Below are positions 18,578 through 28,336 of a DNA stretch of 64,000 nt, in pieces (the stretch's first letter is position 1; every line of letters begins with the position of its first letter). The position numbers were made by a program, and so were the translations under genes. The DNA is from Gemmatimonadota bacterium (GTDB lineage Bacteria; Gemmatimonadota; Gemmatimonadetes; Longimicrobiales; Gaopeijiaceae), in contig JBDHHQ010000006.1 in NCBI GenBank assembly GCA_039589315.1, positions 73,010 to 137,009 of the forward strand, written 5' to 3'. The notes beneath the pieces are model-generated. The model was not told where the DNA came from and ran no database searches. It saw only the letters and a list, made by a program, of their open reading frames with translations.

Positions 18578-19837
18578 ATGAGGCATCGATGGGGAGTGAT
18601 TCCCGGGACTTTGGCGCTCACCACCTTGAGTTTCCTCGGCGCCACCGCTTGCGGGGAGCTGGAGGAAGGCGGAGACGGGTCGCCGGCCGGGAGAGGGGCA
18701 AGGGCCCAAGGCGTGCGGGGAATCGAGCTTTCGGACCCCGCTCGTGCTTTCCCTGAGTCCTACAGCTACATCCAGTCCATCCGGGAGCTTCCGGATGGAC
18801 TGGTAATGTGGGCCGATCCGCTGGGCCAGGCACTGGTCGTGGCCGATCTGGACGCGGAGCGGGCGGACACGCTGGGGCGAGTGGGGCAGGGCCCGGAGGA
18901 GTATCGCCAGCCTGACGCCGTCTGGGCCCTGCCCGGTGACTCGACCCTTCTCGTCGACCTGGGCAATGGTCGGCTGACGGCGATCGCCGCGGACGGCACC
19001 TTCGGCGACACCTGGCCGATCGGACAAGGACAGCCCGGCCCCGGCATGGTGATCGCTCTTCCCAGGGCCGTGGACGGCCAAGGCAGACTATACATCCAGG
19101 GTCGCTTCGGGCCCGGACCCGGAGGACAGCTGCCGGACTCGGCACCGGTCCTCCGGTTCGACCGGGGGACCGCGTCGGTGGACACGGTGGCCACGGTCAA
19201 GCTCGAAGAGCGTACGATGGAGCGGAGTGGTGGACCGGGGAACGAACAGGTTTCCATCGGCCTGGTGCCGTTGTCTCCGGCCGATGCCTGGGGGGTTGCT
19301 CCAGACGGACGAATGGCCATTGCCCGTTCGGCGGACTACCACCTCGAGTGGATCGCACCGGACGGATCTCAGGTGGCGGGATCGCCTGTGGATGTCGCGG
19401 GCGTTTCCATCGGCCAGGCCGAAAGGGAGGAGTGGGATCGGGAGCGCTCGCTTTCCGGCGGAGGACTTTCCATCGGAATCTCGATGAACAACGGTGTGGC
19501 GCAGATGAGCTTCAGCCGCGGGGGCAACATGCGCCTGGGCGGCGAGGACGAGGACAGTGGGCTCGACCGGTACGATTGGCCGGACCGGAAGCCTCCCTTC
19601 TACAACGCGACGGTCCTGGTGGATGACGTCGGCCGTGCGTGGGTACGGCGGCACGTGGCGGCAGGGAAGCAGCCCACCTTCGACGTCTTCGACGGGAGTG
19701 CGGAGCGAGTGGCCACGGTCGTGCTCCCCATGGGCCGACGCATCGTCGGATTCGGCCCATCCGGCCTTTACGCCGTCAGGGTCGACGAATTCGACCTGAA
19801 CTACCTGGAACGCTACGAGATGCCGGGTCTGCAGTAG
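18578..19837 (+). CDS. 6-bladed beta-propeller-type lipoprotein
   Basis: Lipobox ATAC; LGRVGQGPEEYRQP, GDSTLLVDLGNGRL, VDDVGRAWV, YAVRVDEFDL motifs. Confidence 0.75.
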   Translation: MRHRWGVIPGTLALTTLSFLGATACGELEEGGDGSPAGRGARAQGVRGIELSDPARAFPESYSYIQSIRELPDGLVMWADPLGQALVVADLDAERADTLGRVGQGPEEYRQPDAVWALPGDSTLLVDLGNGRLTAIAADGTFGDTWPIGQGQPGPGMVIALPRAVDGQGRLYIQGRFGPGPGGQLPDSAPVLRFDRGTASVDTVATVKLEERTMERSGGPGNEQVSIGLVPLSPADAWGVAPDGRMAIARSADYHLEWIAPDGSQVAGSPVDVAGVSIGQAEREEWDRERSLSGGGLSIGISMNNGVAQMSFSRGGNMRLGGEDEDSGLDRYDWPDRKPPFYNATVLVDDVGRAWVRRHVAAGKQPTFDVFDGSAERVATVVLPMGRRIVGFGPSGLYAVRVDEFDLNYLERYEMPGLQ

Positions 19838-19934
19838 CAGGCAAGGCATGGCGGCGTGGCGTGGCGTGGGCCACGCCTCATGTCGGCTCTGCAGTGGCAG
19901 CCGAGGCACCGGGCGGTGTGGGTCAGGACCCATG

Positions 19935-19995
19935 AACCGCCCGGTGTGAAGCCAGGCCTCAACCGCCCGGTGTAAGGCCGGCCCTCGACCGCCCG
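19935..19995. repeat. 26-bp tandem repeat (2 copies plus partial)
   Basis: aaccgcccggtgtgaagccaggcctc / aaccgcccggtgtaaggccggccctc / gaccgcccg between convergent genes. Confidence 0.65.
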
Positions 19996-20010
19996 CCTGG
20001 CGCAACCGGC

Positions 20011-22083
20011 TCAGAACACCTCTTCCTGGAGGAGGCCAAGGTCCCGGGTGGCCTCGGCCAGTCGCACGAACTCCTGGCGGTAGCCGTGCGCGTCTCTCCC
20101 CAGCGCCCCACTCGCCAGCGAGATCACGTCCTCGAGGGCAAACTCGCCGCAGTGCTCCGAGTCCCTGAGAATCATGCCGAAGGCGGCGATGGCGCCGGCG
20201 AAGCGGAGGTCGACGGAGGCCTCTCCGGGCCGGTCCACGACCACCTGGGTCAGCAATCGGCTCTCCCGGCCCGTGGGCTCCTTGTAGCGGACCTTCACGA
20301 ACATGAGCTCATCCGAGTCCATGCGCCGCGTGGGTCCGTCCTCCGGTTGGTACCGGAGTGGGTCGACCGATCCGGTCTGGACATCTGTCTCGGAGTCCAC
20401 CGGAACCAGCTCGTAGAGGGCTGTCACCGAGTGACCGGCACCGAGCTCCCCCGCGTCCTTGCCGTCATCATTGAAGTCCTCGTCCGCCAGCAGCCGGTTC
20501 TCGTATCCGATCAGTCGGTATGCGCGAACGGTCGCCGGGTTGAATTCGACCTGGAGCTTCACGTCCTTGGCGAGGGTCAGCAACGTGCCGCCGATCTCCG
20601 TGACCAGCTGCTTGCGCGCTTCGAGGACGCCGTCGATGTACGCGTAGTTCCCGTTCCCATGATCGGCGAGGGCCTCCATCTTCGAGTCCTTCAGGTTCCC
20701 CGTCCCGAATCCGAGCACCGAGAGGAAGGTCCCCTGTTCCCGCTTGGCCTCGACCAGGCGGGTCATTTCGGCGTCTGAGGACGGACCCACGTTGAAATCA
20801 CCGTCCGTGGCCAGGATGACCCGATTGTTGCCGGCGTCGATGTGATTCTCCATGGCTACGGCGTAGGCCAACTCGAGCCCCGCGCCGCCGGCCGTCGATC
20901 CGCCGGCCTCTAGCCCCTCGATGGCGTCGAGGATTGACTGCTTCTCGTCACCCGCGGTGGACGGGAGCACGAGGCCTGCGGCGCCCGCGTACACGACGAT
21001 GGCGACCCGGTCCTCCGGACGCAGCTGTCCCACCAGCAATCTCATGGCGGATTTGAGAAGCGGCAGCTTGTCCGGCGATTGCATGGAGCCTGAGACATCC
21101 AGGAGGAAGACGAGATTGTTCGGTGGAAGGTCCTCCGCGTCGATCCGCTCCGCCTGGACACCGATGCGAACCAATCGATGGGCGGGCTGCCACGGCGCCG
21201 GGGCCACCTCGGTCGTCACCGTGAAGGGGGCGGCGCCGTCGGACGTCGGGTAGTCGTACGGGAAGTAGTTCACCATCTCCTCGATGCGAACCGCATCTCT
21301 GGGCGGACGACGGCCCTCGTTGATGAACCTGCGCACGTTGGAATAGGACGCCCGGTCCACGTCGATGCTGAAGGTGGAAAGAGGAGACGAGGCCACTGGC
21401 AGGAAGCCGCTTTCGCTGATGCGCCCGTACGACTCCGTATTGAAGGCCGGATTGTACCGGCCCGGCAGCGACTGTTGGGCCAGAGACGGCGTCATGACCG
21501 ACAGGGCGTCGGCCACGACCCGGGCGCCGATTACGCTCTCCGACACCTTGGCCAGCAGCTCGCCGGCGGCAACCGCCTCTTCGGGCTCTTGCCGCATCGA
21601 CCTCAACGTGAAGTCCAGGGTCATGCTGGACCCGTCGACCAACAGGGTCGCAGTGCTCCGTGCGTAGCCCGGGTGCTCAGCCCGAACCGTGAGCTCACGG
21701 CCTGCCCAGGCCTCCGGAAGCGTGAGGACATACCCTCCGCCTCGGTCGGTCCTCGCTGCGAGACGGGTCCCCGAAACCGATACGACAGCCTCGCGCAAGG
21801 GCTGGCCCGTGACCGCGTCCGTCACCTTCCCCATGAGCGAGATCTCCGCACTCGGGGCGTCGGACCCCGGCGTGGGGGCCCTCGGCGCCCCGGCCGTCGG
21901 GCTGGTGGGCTGCAGCTCCAGGGTCCAAAGCGGGAGCTCCGGGGCGGTCGCCGGTGCCGATGGGGTCGCGGGGATCGGACTCCAGATCGATGCCGGCAGC
22001 TCTGACGCCGGCCGGTCGTCCAGGACCGACGAGACCGTTGCCACTGCGGCAACGGCGATCATGAGCAGAACGGGGGTCTTCAT
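20011..22083 (-). CDS. YfbK-like vWA domain protein with N-terminal carboxypeptidase-regulatory-like domain
   Basis: PLSTFSIDVDRASYS, VRIEEMVNYF, FLLDVSGSM (MIDAS), ATDGDFNVG, YRLIGYENR, DAGELGAGH. Confidence 0.92.
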   Translation of the reverse strand: MKTPVLLMIAVAAVATVSSVLDDRPASELPASIWSPIPATPSAPATAPELPLWTLELQPTSPTAGAPRAPTPGSDAPSAEISLMGKVTDAVTGQPLREAVVSVSGTRLAARTDRGGGYVLTLPEAWAGRELTVRAEHPGYARSTATLLVDGSSMTLDFTLRSMRQEPEEAVAAGELLAKVSESVIGARVVADALSVMTPSLAQQSLPGRYNPAFNTESYGRISESGFLPVASSPLSTFSIDVDRASYSNVRRFINEGRRPPRDAVRIEEMVNYFPYDYPTSDGAAPFTVTTEVAPAPWQPAHRLVRIGVQAERIDAEDLPPNNLVFLLDVSGSMQSPDKLPLLKSAMRLLVGQLRPEDRVAIVVYAGAAGLVLPSTAGDEKQSILDAIEGLEAGGSTAGGAGLELAYAVAMENHIDAGNNRVILATDGDFNVGPSSDAEMTRLVEAKREQGTFLSVLGFGTGNLKDSKMEALADHGNGNYAYIDGVLEARKQLVTEIGGTLLTLAKDVKLQVEFNPATVRAYRLIGYENRLLADEDFNDDGKDAGELGAGHSVTALYELVPVDSETDVQTGSVDPLRYQPEDGPTRRMDSDELMFVKVRYKEPTGRESRLLTQVVVDRPGEASVDLRFAGAIAAFGMILRDSEHCGEFALEDVISLASGALGRDAHGYRQEFVRLAEATRDLGLLQEEVF

Positions 22084-22308
22084 GGGGTCATCCCTCCCTC
22101 GGTGTTCGGGGTCTTGCGGGCTGCAATCGCCAGGCTCTCGTGTAGGAAGACGTTGGAGGGGAGAGATCTTGCACAGCGCTCACGCCGTTCGAAGCACAGC
22201 GCGGACGACATGCGTGCCGGGATGAGCGCTCCAGGCGGACGAAGGCCTGGCCTACGCCCCGGCGAAGGCCTGCTCGCGCTGGCCCCCCCCGGGCTCAGCC
22301 GGATCGGC

Positions 22309-23085
22309 TCAGGCTGCCCGGCCCGACGAGTCCGTGCCCGCAGGCGCCGAGACGAGATGGGGATCATCCAGGACACGGGTGAGAACCGCCATGAGCCCGA
22401 AGACGACCATGACGTTGGTGACCAGAAAGAACATGGCTTCCTCGACAGGGAGGCCCATGGGAGCGGCGCCGAACGTGTAGCGGTCGGAGATGGTCCGTGT
22501 CCCGGCGTCGATGGCCGTCCGGTCGGCGAACCAGAGGTACAGGGTCGGCACGAGGATCGACGGCAGCACGGCGGGTCGAAAGCGGAGAATGAGGGGGCCA
22601 GCGTGAAGCCAGAGAAGAAGAAGAACCGGCGCGCTCCAGATCAGGATCAGACCCATATACGTGCCCGGCTCCGAGGCCAACAGGAGGACTCCCTCTGCGC
22701 CCATCGCCAACAGGGGGATCGTGCCCCAGAACCTCACGCGGGCAGGCCTGGCGACCGCCGGGGGAGGCTGGCCTGACTCAAGGATGCGGAGGAGGAACAC
22801 GTACAGGACCATGCCCGTGAGAAGAGGCTGCAGGATGAAGAACGCGTATTCCTCGATGGGCACCCATCCGATCGTACCGAGGACTCGTCTCTCGCCGTAG
22901 CCCCAGATCCCGTTCGCCACGAGGTAGTTGTCCCAGGGGGTCGCGTACAGGAGCGCGATGAGTGGGATGGCGATCAGGCCGAGGCGGGCTCTGGGACCCA
23001 GGACGGCGACGGCGCGGGGAAGCCGGGTCGCCAGGATCACCAAGGGCGGCAGCAGGAAGATCAGGTGAAACTGTAGGTAGGTCAT
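22309..23085 (-). CDS. Membrane-type lycopene cyclase (two fused CrtYc/Yd domains)
   Basis: MTYLQFHLIF, TPWDNYLV..GIWGY, VPIEEYAFF, LPVEEAMFFLVTN. Confidence 0.85.
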   Translation of the reverse strand: MTYLQFHLIFLLPPLVILATRLPRAVAVLGPRARLGLIAIPLIALLYATPWDNYLVANGIWGYGERRVLGTIGWVPIEEYAFFILQPLLTGMVLYVFLLRILESGQPPPAVARPARVRFWGTIPLLAMGAEGVLLLASEPGTYMGLILIWSAPVLLLLWLHAGPLILRFRPAVLPSILVPTLYLWFADRTAIDAGTRTISDRYTFGAAPMGLPVEEAMFFLVTNVMVVFGLMAVLTRVLDDPHLVSAPAGTDSSGRAA

Positions 23086-23126
23086 CGGCCCCCGCGGTGG
23101 TGATCCATGTGGTCAAGTTGGCAGCG

Positions 23127-23255
23127 TCGGTCAGTCGCCCAGGCTGGTCACGTCGGTCAGTCGGTCGATCGGATCAATCGGTCGATCGGTCAGGTCGGTC
23201 AGGTCGGTCAGGTTGGTCAATCGGTCAGGTCGGTCAATCGGTCAGGTCGGCCAGG
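23127..23255. repeat. 8-9 bp tandem microrepeat (tcggtcagg/tcggtcaa), about 15 units
   Basis: Directly visible run of tcggtcag(g), tcggtcga and tcggtcaa units. Confidence 0.9.
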
Positions 23256-23446
23256 AAGCCCGCGTGGCTCGGTGGCACGATGCTGGTGAATCGCTCGTGA
23301 TCCGTCTACGGCGGTGGGCCCGCGGCCACCGCGGGGGCACTGGTCGAGGGAGTCGTTCGGATCCCCTCGGGAGCAGATTGACAGACTCGCGGGCCACGGG
23401 GACTATTCCCGCTCCCTCACGATCCGCTTGTCGAAACAAGGAGCCC

Positions 23447-24019
23447 ATGATGTCCGACCGCATTCCGCGCCGCGACTTCCTCGCCGGAGGTTCAGTGTTC
23501 GCTGCCGGCGCCCTCACGGCAGCCGCCACGACGGATCTCGGGGCATCGCCTCAGGGGCCGCAGCAGGTTCCGACGCCCGAGGAGCGGTTGCGCGAGCTGG
23601 GCATCGAGTTGCCCGAGCCGGCCACACCGGTCGCGAACTACGTCACTCGTGTCCAGGTGGGCGACCTGTTGTTCATCTCCGGACACACCTCGAGCGCTCC
23701 CCGCGGAAAGGTGGGTGGGGAGCTGACTCTCGAGGAAGGGTACGATGCGGCGAGAGACGCAGGTCTTCGCGTTCTGGCCACCGTCCGCGACGAGCTGGGC
23801 ACGCTCGACCGCGTGGCGCGCGTGGTCCAGATCATCGGAATGGTCAACTGCACCCCCGACTTCATCCAGCAGCCCCAGGTCGTCAACGGATTCAGCGACC
23901 TCCTGGTCGAGGTCTTCGGCGAGGACCTGGGCCGGGGCGCCCGGGCGGCGGTCGGCATGGTGTCGCTGCCGCGCGGGGTGCCGGTGGAGGTCATGACGAC
24001 CTTCCAGGTTCGAACCTGA
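23447..24019 (+). CDS. RidA/YjgF-family protein with twin-arginine signal
   Basis: AAGGAG RBS; PRRDFL Tat motif; EERLRELGIELP..PVANYV..LFISGH..VVNGFSDLLVEVFG..ARAAVG..LP..VEV. Confidence 0.88.
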   Translation: MMSDRIPRRDFLAGGSVFAAGALTAAATTDLGASPQGPQQVPTPEERLRELGIELPEPATPVANYVTRVQVGDLLFISGHTSSAPRGKVGGELTLEEGYDAARDAGLRVLATVRDELGTLDRVARVVQIIGMVNCTPDFIQQPQVVNGFSDLLVEVFGEDLGRGARAAVGMVSLPRGVPVEVMTTFQVRT

Positions 24020-24786
24020 TGGCCGCTGGCCCCTCCCGTCCACTGGAAGGGAAGACCGCGCTCGTGACCGGTGGCGGCAGACGGCTGGGTCGGGCCATCT
24101 CACTGGCCCTGGGTGGGGCGGGGGCCGCCGTGGTCGTCCACTACAACCGCTCGGCGGTGGAGGCGGCCGAGGTCTGTGACGAGCTCGAGGCCATAGGGGC
24201 GCGATGCCACTCCCTGCGGGCGGAGCTCTCCCGCTCGGATGGACTCGAGGACCTGGTGGCTCAGGCGTGGGATTGGTCCGGCGCGGTGGACGTGCTCGTC
24301 AACAACGCGTCCATCTTTCCGACAGGGCGACTGACGGACATGACGTTCGAGAGCGTGACGGCCAACATGGCCGTGAACGCCTGGGCGCCTTTCGCGCTCA
24401 CCAGAGCCCTGTGGGAGCGGGCCGAAGCGGCGGAGCGTGGGGGGGCCGTCGTCAATCTGCTGGACAGCCGACTCGTCGGCGGGGACCCCCTCCACGCCGC
24501 CTATTTCGTCAGCAAGTCGGCCCTCGCGCAGCTCACGGAGGCCTCGGCGCTGGAGTTCGCTCCAGCGCTTCGGGTCAACGCCGTAGCCCCGGGTCCCATC
24601 CTCCCGCCCGAGGACAAGACCAAAGAGTATCTGCGTCAGCAGCTGGACCGGCTGCCACTTCAGCGTTGGGGCGGGACCGGGGCCATTGCCGAGGCCGTGC
24701 TCTACCTGGCCACGGCGGACTTCGTGACCGGGCAGACCATCTTCGTCGATGGCGGACAGCACCTTCGACCCTGGGGCCGAGCATGA
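24019..24786 (+). CDS. SDR oxidoreductase, pteridine reductase/FolM-like
   Basis: TGGGRRLG, VHYNRS, VNNASIF, YFVSK, RVNAVAPG; directly upstream of folB/folK. Confidence 0.88.
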   Translation: MAAGPSRPLEGKTALVTGGGRRLGRAISLALGGAGAAVVVHYNRSAVEAAEVCDELEAIGARCHSLRAELSRSDGLEDLVAQAWDWSGAVDVLVNNASIFPTGRLTDMTFESVTANMAVNAWAPFALTRALWERAEAAERGGAVVNLLDSRLVGGDPLHAAYFVSKSALAQLTEASALEFAPALRVNAVAPGPILPPEDKTKEYLRQQLDRLPLQRWGGTGAIAEAVLYLATADFVTGQTIFVDGGQHLRPWGRA

Positions 24787-25142
24787 CCGATCGAATCCAC
24801 ATCTCCGACCTCCTCCTTCGCTGCGTGATCGGGGCGAACGACTGGGAGCGCAAGGTCCAGCAGGAGGTGCTGATCAACATCGAGCTGCGAACGGACCTTC
24901 GGCAGGCAGGCGTGAGCGACGACCTGACCGACGCCGTCGACTACCGTTCCTTGACGAAGAAGGTCATCGCGATGGTCGAGTCATCGGACTACCACCTCGT
25001 GGAGGCGCTGGCCGGCGCCATCGCCGCCCTCTGCCTCGAGGATCCGCGAGTGCGTTCGACCGTGGTGCGCGTGGAGAAGCCCGGCGCGCTTCGCTTCGCG
25101 AGGACCGTCGGCGTGGAGATCGAGCGCGCACGGGATGAGTGA
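24783..25142 (+). CDS. folB: Dihydroneopterin aldolase
   Basis: DRIHISDL..IG...WER, AVDY, LVEALA, VEKPGA, VGVEIER. Confidence 0.93.
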   Translation: MTDRIHISDLLLRCVIGANDWERKVQQEVLINIELRTDLRQAGVSDDLTDAVDYRSLTKKVIAMVESSDYHLVEALAGAIAALCLEDPRVRSTVVRVEKPGALRFARTVGVEIERARDE

Positions 25143-25677
25143 GGATCCAACCGACCGCGAACGTGGGGACACCGTCCAGGCGTTCGTGGGCGTGGGCTCC
25201 AACATTCGTCCTGGCGACAACGTGCTGAAGGCGGTGGCGCTCCTGGCGCGACGCGCCAGTCTACGGGGTGTCTCGACGTTCTATCGCACGTCTCCCGTGG
25301 GAGCCGGGGACACCCGAGACTTCTACAACGGCGTCTTGGAGATCATGGTCGACGGCGACGTAAAGGCGGTGCGGCGCCTCCTCGCGGACGTAGAGGGCGC
25401 CCTGGGCAGGGTCCGGACCGAAGACCCCCACGCCGCCCGGGTCATCGACCTCGATCTACTGACCTGGCAAGAGCCCCTTGCCGGCGGCGACACTGCGGAC
25501 GTGCATCCCGACGTCACCCGAAGGGGATTCGTGGCCCTACCGCTCCTCGAGCTGGCGCCGGAGCTGGTTCTGGGGGACAGCGGCCGCCCGCTGGCGGAGG
25601 TGGCGGAGAGATTCGAGGCGCCCCCTGGACAGCCCCTGGTGGAGCTCAGCCGCCGGCTGCGTTCCCTCGTTCGGTAG
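25135..25677 (+). CDS. folK: 2-amino-4-hydroxy-6-hydroxymethyldihydropteridine diphosphokinase
   Basis: FVGVGSNI, VSTFYRT, FYNGV, ARVIDLDLL, HPD..RGFVALPL. Confidence 0.92.
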   Translation: MSEDPTDRERGDTVQAFVGVGSNIRPGDNVLKAVALLARRASLRGVSTFYRTSPVGAGDTRDFYNGVLEIMVDGDVKAVRRLLADVEGALGRVRTEDPHAARVIDLDLLTWQEPLAGGDTADVHPDVTRRGFVALPLLELAPELVLGDSGRPLAEVAERFEAPPGQPLVELSRRLRSLVR

Positions 25678-26473
25678 AAGGGTCACCGCCGTTGCGGAGC
25701 TGCCGTATCTGGTCCAGTTGGCCCCGGACGGCCTCCATCGCCCGGTCCACGATCGCCTGCGCCGTTTCCCGGGATCGATCACCGTCGAGAAGGTCCGAGT
25801 AGTCCACGGGCGCGCCGTAGGACACGTAGATGCGCTTGAAGATTCGGGGCCAGGAGCTGCCGATGGGCAGCACGTCCTGCATGCCGTCGATGGCGACGGG
25901 GATGACCCGCGGCTGCGTCCCCAGGATGACGAAGCCGGCGCCCGGGCGACCCGTGCCGACGTCGGCGCTCCGGGAGCGGGTCCCCTCCGGGAAGAGCGTC
26001 AGCACGCCGCCTGGGAGCACCTCCATCATGCGATTGAGGGCGTTCAGGTCACGGCGACCCTGGCGGACCGGAATGCAACGCCAGTGCTTGGACATCCACC
26101 GGACGATCTTGTTCCTGAAGAAGTTCTCTTCGGCGGCCAGGTGCCAGGGGATCAGGTGGGGCTTGAGCCAGGATCTCGGGTAGAACGCGAACATGGCCAC
26201 CGGGAAACTGTCGATCATGGACTGGTGGTTGGAGAGCAGGAGCGTGTTCCGGTACTCTCCGATGTTCTCTTTCCCGATCACCTTCGTTCGATTGAGGACC
26301 TTGAAGTAGATCCACAGTAGGCTGACCGAGACGTTCGTGAAGACGTAGCTCGTGACGCCCCACAGCATTCGACCCAGGCCAGGCCTGGGTAGCCAGTGGA
26401 GTGTACTGCTGGCGTGTGCCCGATGACTCACGGGCGTCTCGTCGGTGAGAACTGCTTCGTGCGGCTCGTTCAC
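25646..26473 (-). CDS. 1-acyl-sn-glycerol-3-phosphate (lysophospholipid) acyltransferase
   Basis: SNHQSMID (HX4D) and FPEGTRS motifs. Real gene is the C-terminal part of the 649-aa ORF; start uncertain. Confidence 0.85.
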   Translation of the reverse strand: MNEPHEAVLTDETPVSHRAHASSTLHWLPRPGLGRMLWGVTSYVFTNVSVSLLWIYFKVLNRTKVIGKENIGEYRNTLLLSNHQSMIDSFPVAMFAFYPRSWLKPHLIPWHLAAEENFFRNKIVRWMSKHWRCIPVRQGRRDLNALNRMMEVLPGGVLTLFPEGTRSRSADVGTGRPGAGFVILGTQPRVIPVAIDGMQDVLPIGSSWPRIFKRIYVSYGAPVDYSDLLDGDRSRETAQAIVDRAMEAVRGQLDQIRQLRNGGDPSTERGNAAGG

Positions 26474-26623
26474 GGCAGGAACTATGATGTCGCTTCGAGG
26501 CTGACGGTGCAACTGTTCACGCAGTCGTCTGTGACCAGATTGGCATTCCCAAAGCGGGCGGCTTAACTGGAGAGGGGGGGAAGCCTGGGCCCGAAGTCCG
26601 GTCAGCCAAATGCAGGAGTCGAC

Positions 26624-27889
26624 GTGACACTGGCGTTCTCCGAGCGTGACCGTGCGCTGCTCGAGGGCGAGCTGGGTCCCGCGTGCGCCATGGCTATGCG
26701 TATCCTCGTGCGCATGGCGCGGATCCAGGGCGCGTCGAGCTTCCTCGACGTCACCGGCGCGCACATCGACTCGGCCCTGTACATGGGTGAGGCCACGCTC
26801 GAGTACGCGGAGCGTCTCGCCGACCTGGGGGCGACCGTGGTGGTGCCCACCACGTCGAATGTGGCGGGCGTGGATCCACACGGCTGGGAGCGGTGGGCGG
26901 TCCCACCACAGTGGGCGGCCAAGGCCCAGAGGCAGATGGACGCCTACCGGCGGATGGGCTGCGCGCCGACGTGGACCTGCGCGCCGTACCAGACCGAGCG
27001 TCGGCCAGGGTTCGGTGAGCAGGTGGCATGGGGGGAGTCGTCTGCCATCGTATTCGCCAACTCGGTCCTGGGCGCCCGCACAGAGCGCTACCCCGACCTG
27101 CTGGACATCTGCGCCGCCGTGACGGGCCGGGTGCCGGCCGTGGGCCTGCACCTGGACGAGAATCGGGCGGGCCAGGTTCGGGTCGTCCTCCGAGACGTCC
27201 CGCCGGAGGTCCAGGCACACGAGAGCTTCTATCCGGTCTTCGGCCACTGGGTGGGGGGAAGGGTCGGCGGCCGCATCCCGGTCATCTCGGGCCTGGCCGT
27301 CGCGCCGAACGAGGACCAGCTCAAATCGATGGGCGCCGCCATGGCCTCGTCGGGCGCCGTGGCCCTCTTCCACCTGGTCGGTGTCACGCCCGAGGCCCCC
27401 ACCGAGGTGGAGGCGTTCCGCGGGCGGGTGCCGGAAGAAGAGATCGTGGCCGACCTGGACAGCCTGAGGGCCGCCCGTCGGGACCTCCATACTGCCCTGG
27501 GGCAGCGCCTCGACCTGGTGGTGCTGGGCAGCCCCCATTTCTCCCTGACCGAGTTCAGGCGCCTGGTCCCGATGCTGGAGCGCCGTCACGCCCACGCGGC
27601 CGTCCGCTTCCTGGTGACCTGCGGGCGTGGCGTGAAGCTGCTGGCAAGGGAAGCCGGTCTCCTCGAACCCCTGGACCGGTTCGGCGGAGAGGTCACCGTG
27701 GATACGTGTATCCTGACCACGCCCATGCTGGGTGAGGACGTCCGTGTCATCATGACCAACTCGGCGAAGTACGCCTACTACGCTCCGGGACTGCTCGGCA
27801 CGACCGTCGCATTCGGTAGCCTGGAGGATTGCGTGGCGTCCGCCGAAGCGGGACGGGTGCTTCGAAAGGAGGGTCCATGGGCCGAGTGA
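26624..27889 (+). CDS. Aconitase X catalytic subunit (DUF521)
   Basis: AHIDS, TWTCAPYQ, AWGESSA, ANSVLGART, LFHLVGVTPEA, GSPH, DTC, TNSAKYAYY. Confidence 0.92.
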   Translation: MTLAFSERDRALLEGELGPACAMAMRILVRMARIQGASSFLDVTGAHIDSALYMGEATLEYAERLADLGATVVVPTTSNVAGVDPHGWERWAVPPQWAAKAQRQMDAYRRMGCAPTWTCAPYQTERRPGFGEQVAWGESSAIVFANSVLGARTERYPDLLDICAAVTGRVPAVGLHLDENRAGQVRVVLRDVPPEVQAHESFYPVFGHWVGGRVGGRIPVISGLAVAPNEDQLKSMGAAMASSGAVALFHLVGVTPEAPTEVEAFRGRVPEEEIVADLDSLRAARRDLHTALGQRLDLVVLGSPHFSLTEFRRLVPMLERRHAHAAVRFLVTCGRGVKLLAREAGLLEPLDRFGGEVTVDTCILTTPMLGEDVRVIMTNSAKYAYYAPGLLGTTVAFGSLEDCVASAEAGRVLRKEGPWAE

Positions 27890-28296
27890 TCCGAGGCCGT
27901 GTCCTGGTGACGGGCGAGGCGACGGGAGACCTCCTCGTGGCCACGGAGCCGTTGAGCTTCTGGGGGGGCTACGACCCGGCTACCGGGGAGATCATCGACC
28001 GGCGCCACCCACTGTCGGGTCAGGTTGCCCGGGGTCGTATCCTGGCCGTGCCCGCCACGAGAGGGTCGAGCACGACCACGGCCATCCTCCTCGAAGCCAT
28101 CCGCCAGGGAAACGCCCCTGCCGCCATCGTGACGGCCGGGACCGACGGCTTCCTGGCCCTGGCCAGCGTCGTGGCCGACGAGATGTACGGGACGCCGATG
28201 CCGTTGGTGGAGCTGACCCCGGCCGAGTTCGACCGACTGCGGTCGGGCGTTGCGGTGAGGATCGAGCTGGATGGCACGCTGGAGCTCGCGGGCTGA
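27877..28296 (+). CDS. Aconitase X swivel subunit (DUF126)
   Basis: PLSFWGGYDPATGEIID..HPL..RGSST; overlaps the catalytic subunit gene. Confidence 0.92.
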   Translation: MGRVIRGRVLVTGEATGDLLVATEPLSFWGGYDPATGEIIDRRHPLSGQVARGRILAVPATRGSSTTTAILLEAIRQGNAPAAIVTAGTDGFLALASVVADEMYGTPMPLVELTPAEFDRLRSGVAVRIELDGTLELAG

Positions 28297-28336
28297 CCGT
28301 CCCGGTCGGCGTGGAAGCCCGGGAGCTACCGTAGCG

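Noticed and set aside
10532..23255. Intergenic repeat arrays as CRISPR
   Set aside because: The units are contiguous and degenerate, with no unique spacers and no cas genes.
23314..25142. Long N-terminal extensions on the SDR and FolB ORFs (also TlpA 8432 and PncB 49237)
   Set aside because: They overlap upstream genes in other frames; the real starts coincide with stop-start overlaps.
25646..27595. 649-aa ORF as a large acyltransferase fusion
   Set aside because: The N-terminal part is antisense to aconitase X; only the last ~275 aa look like PlsC.
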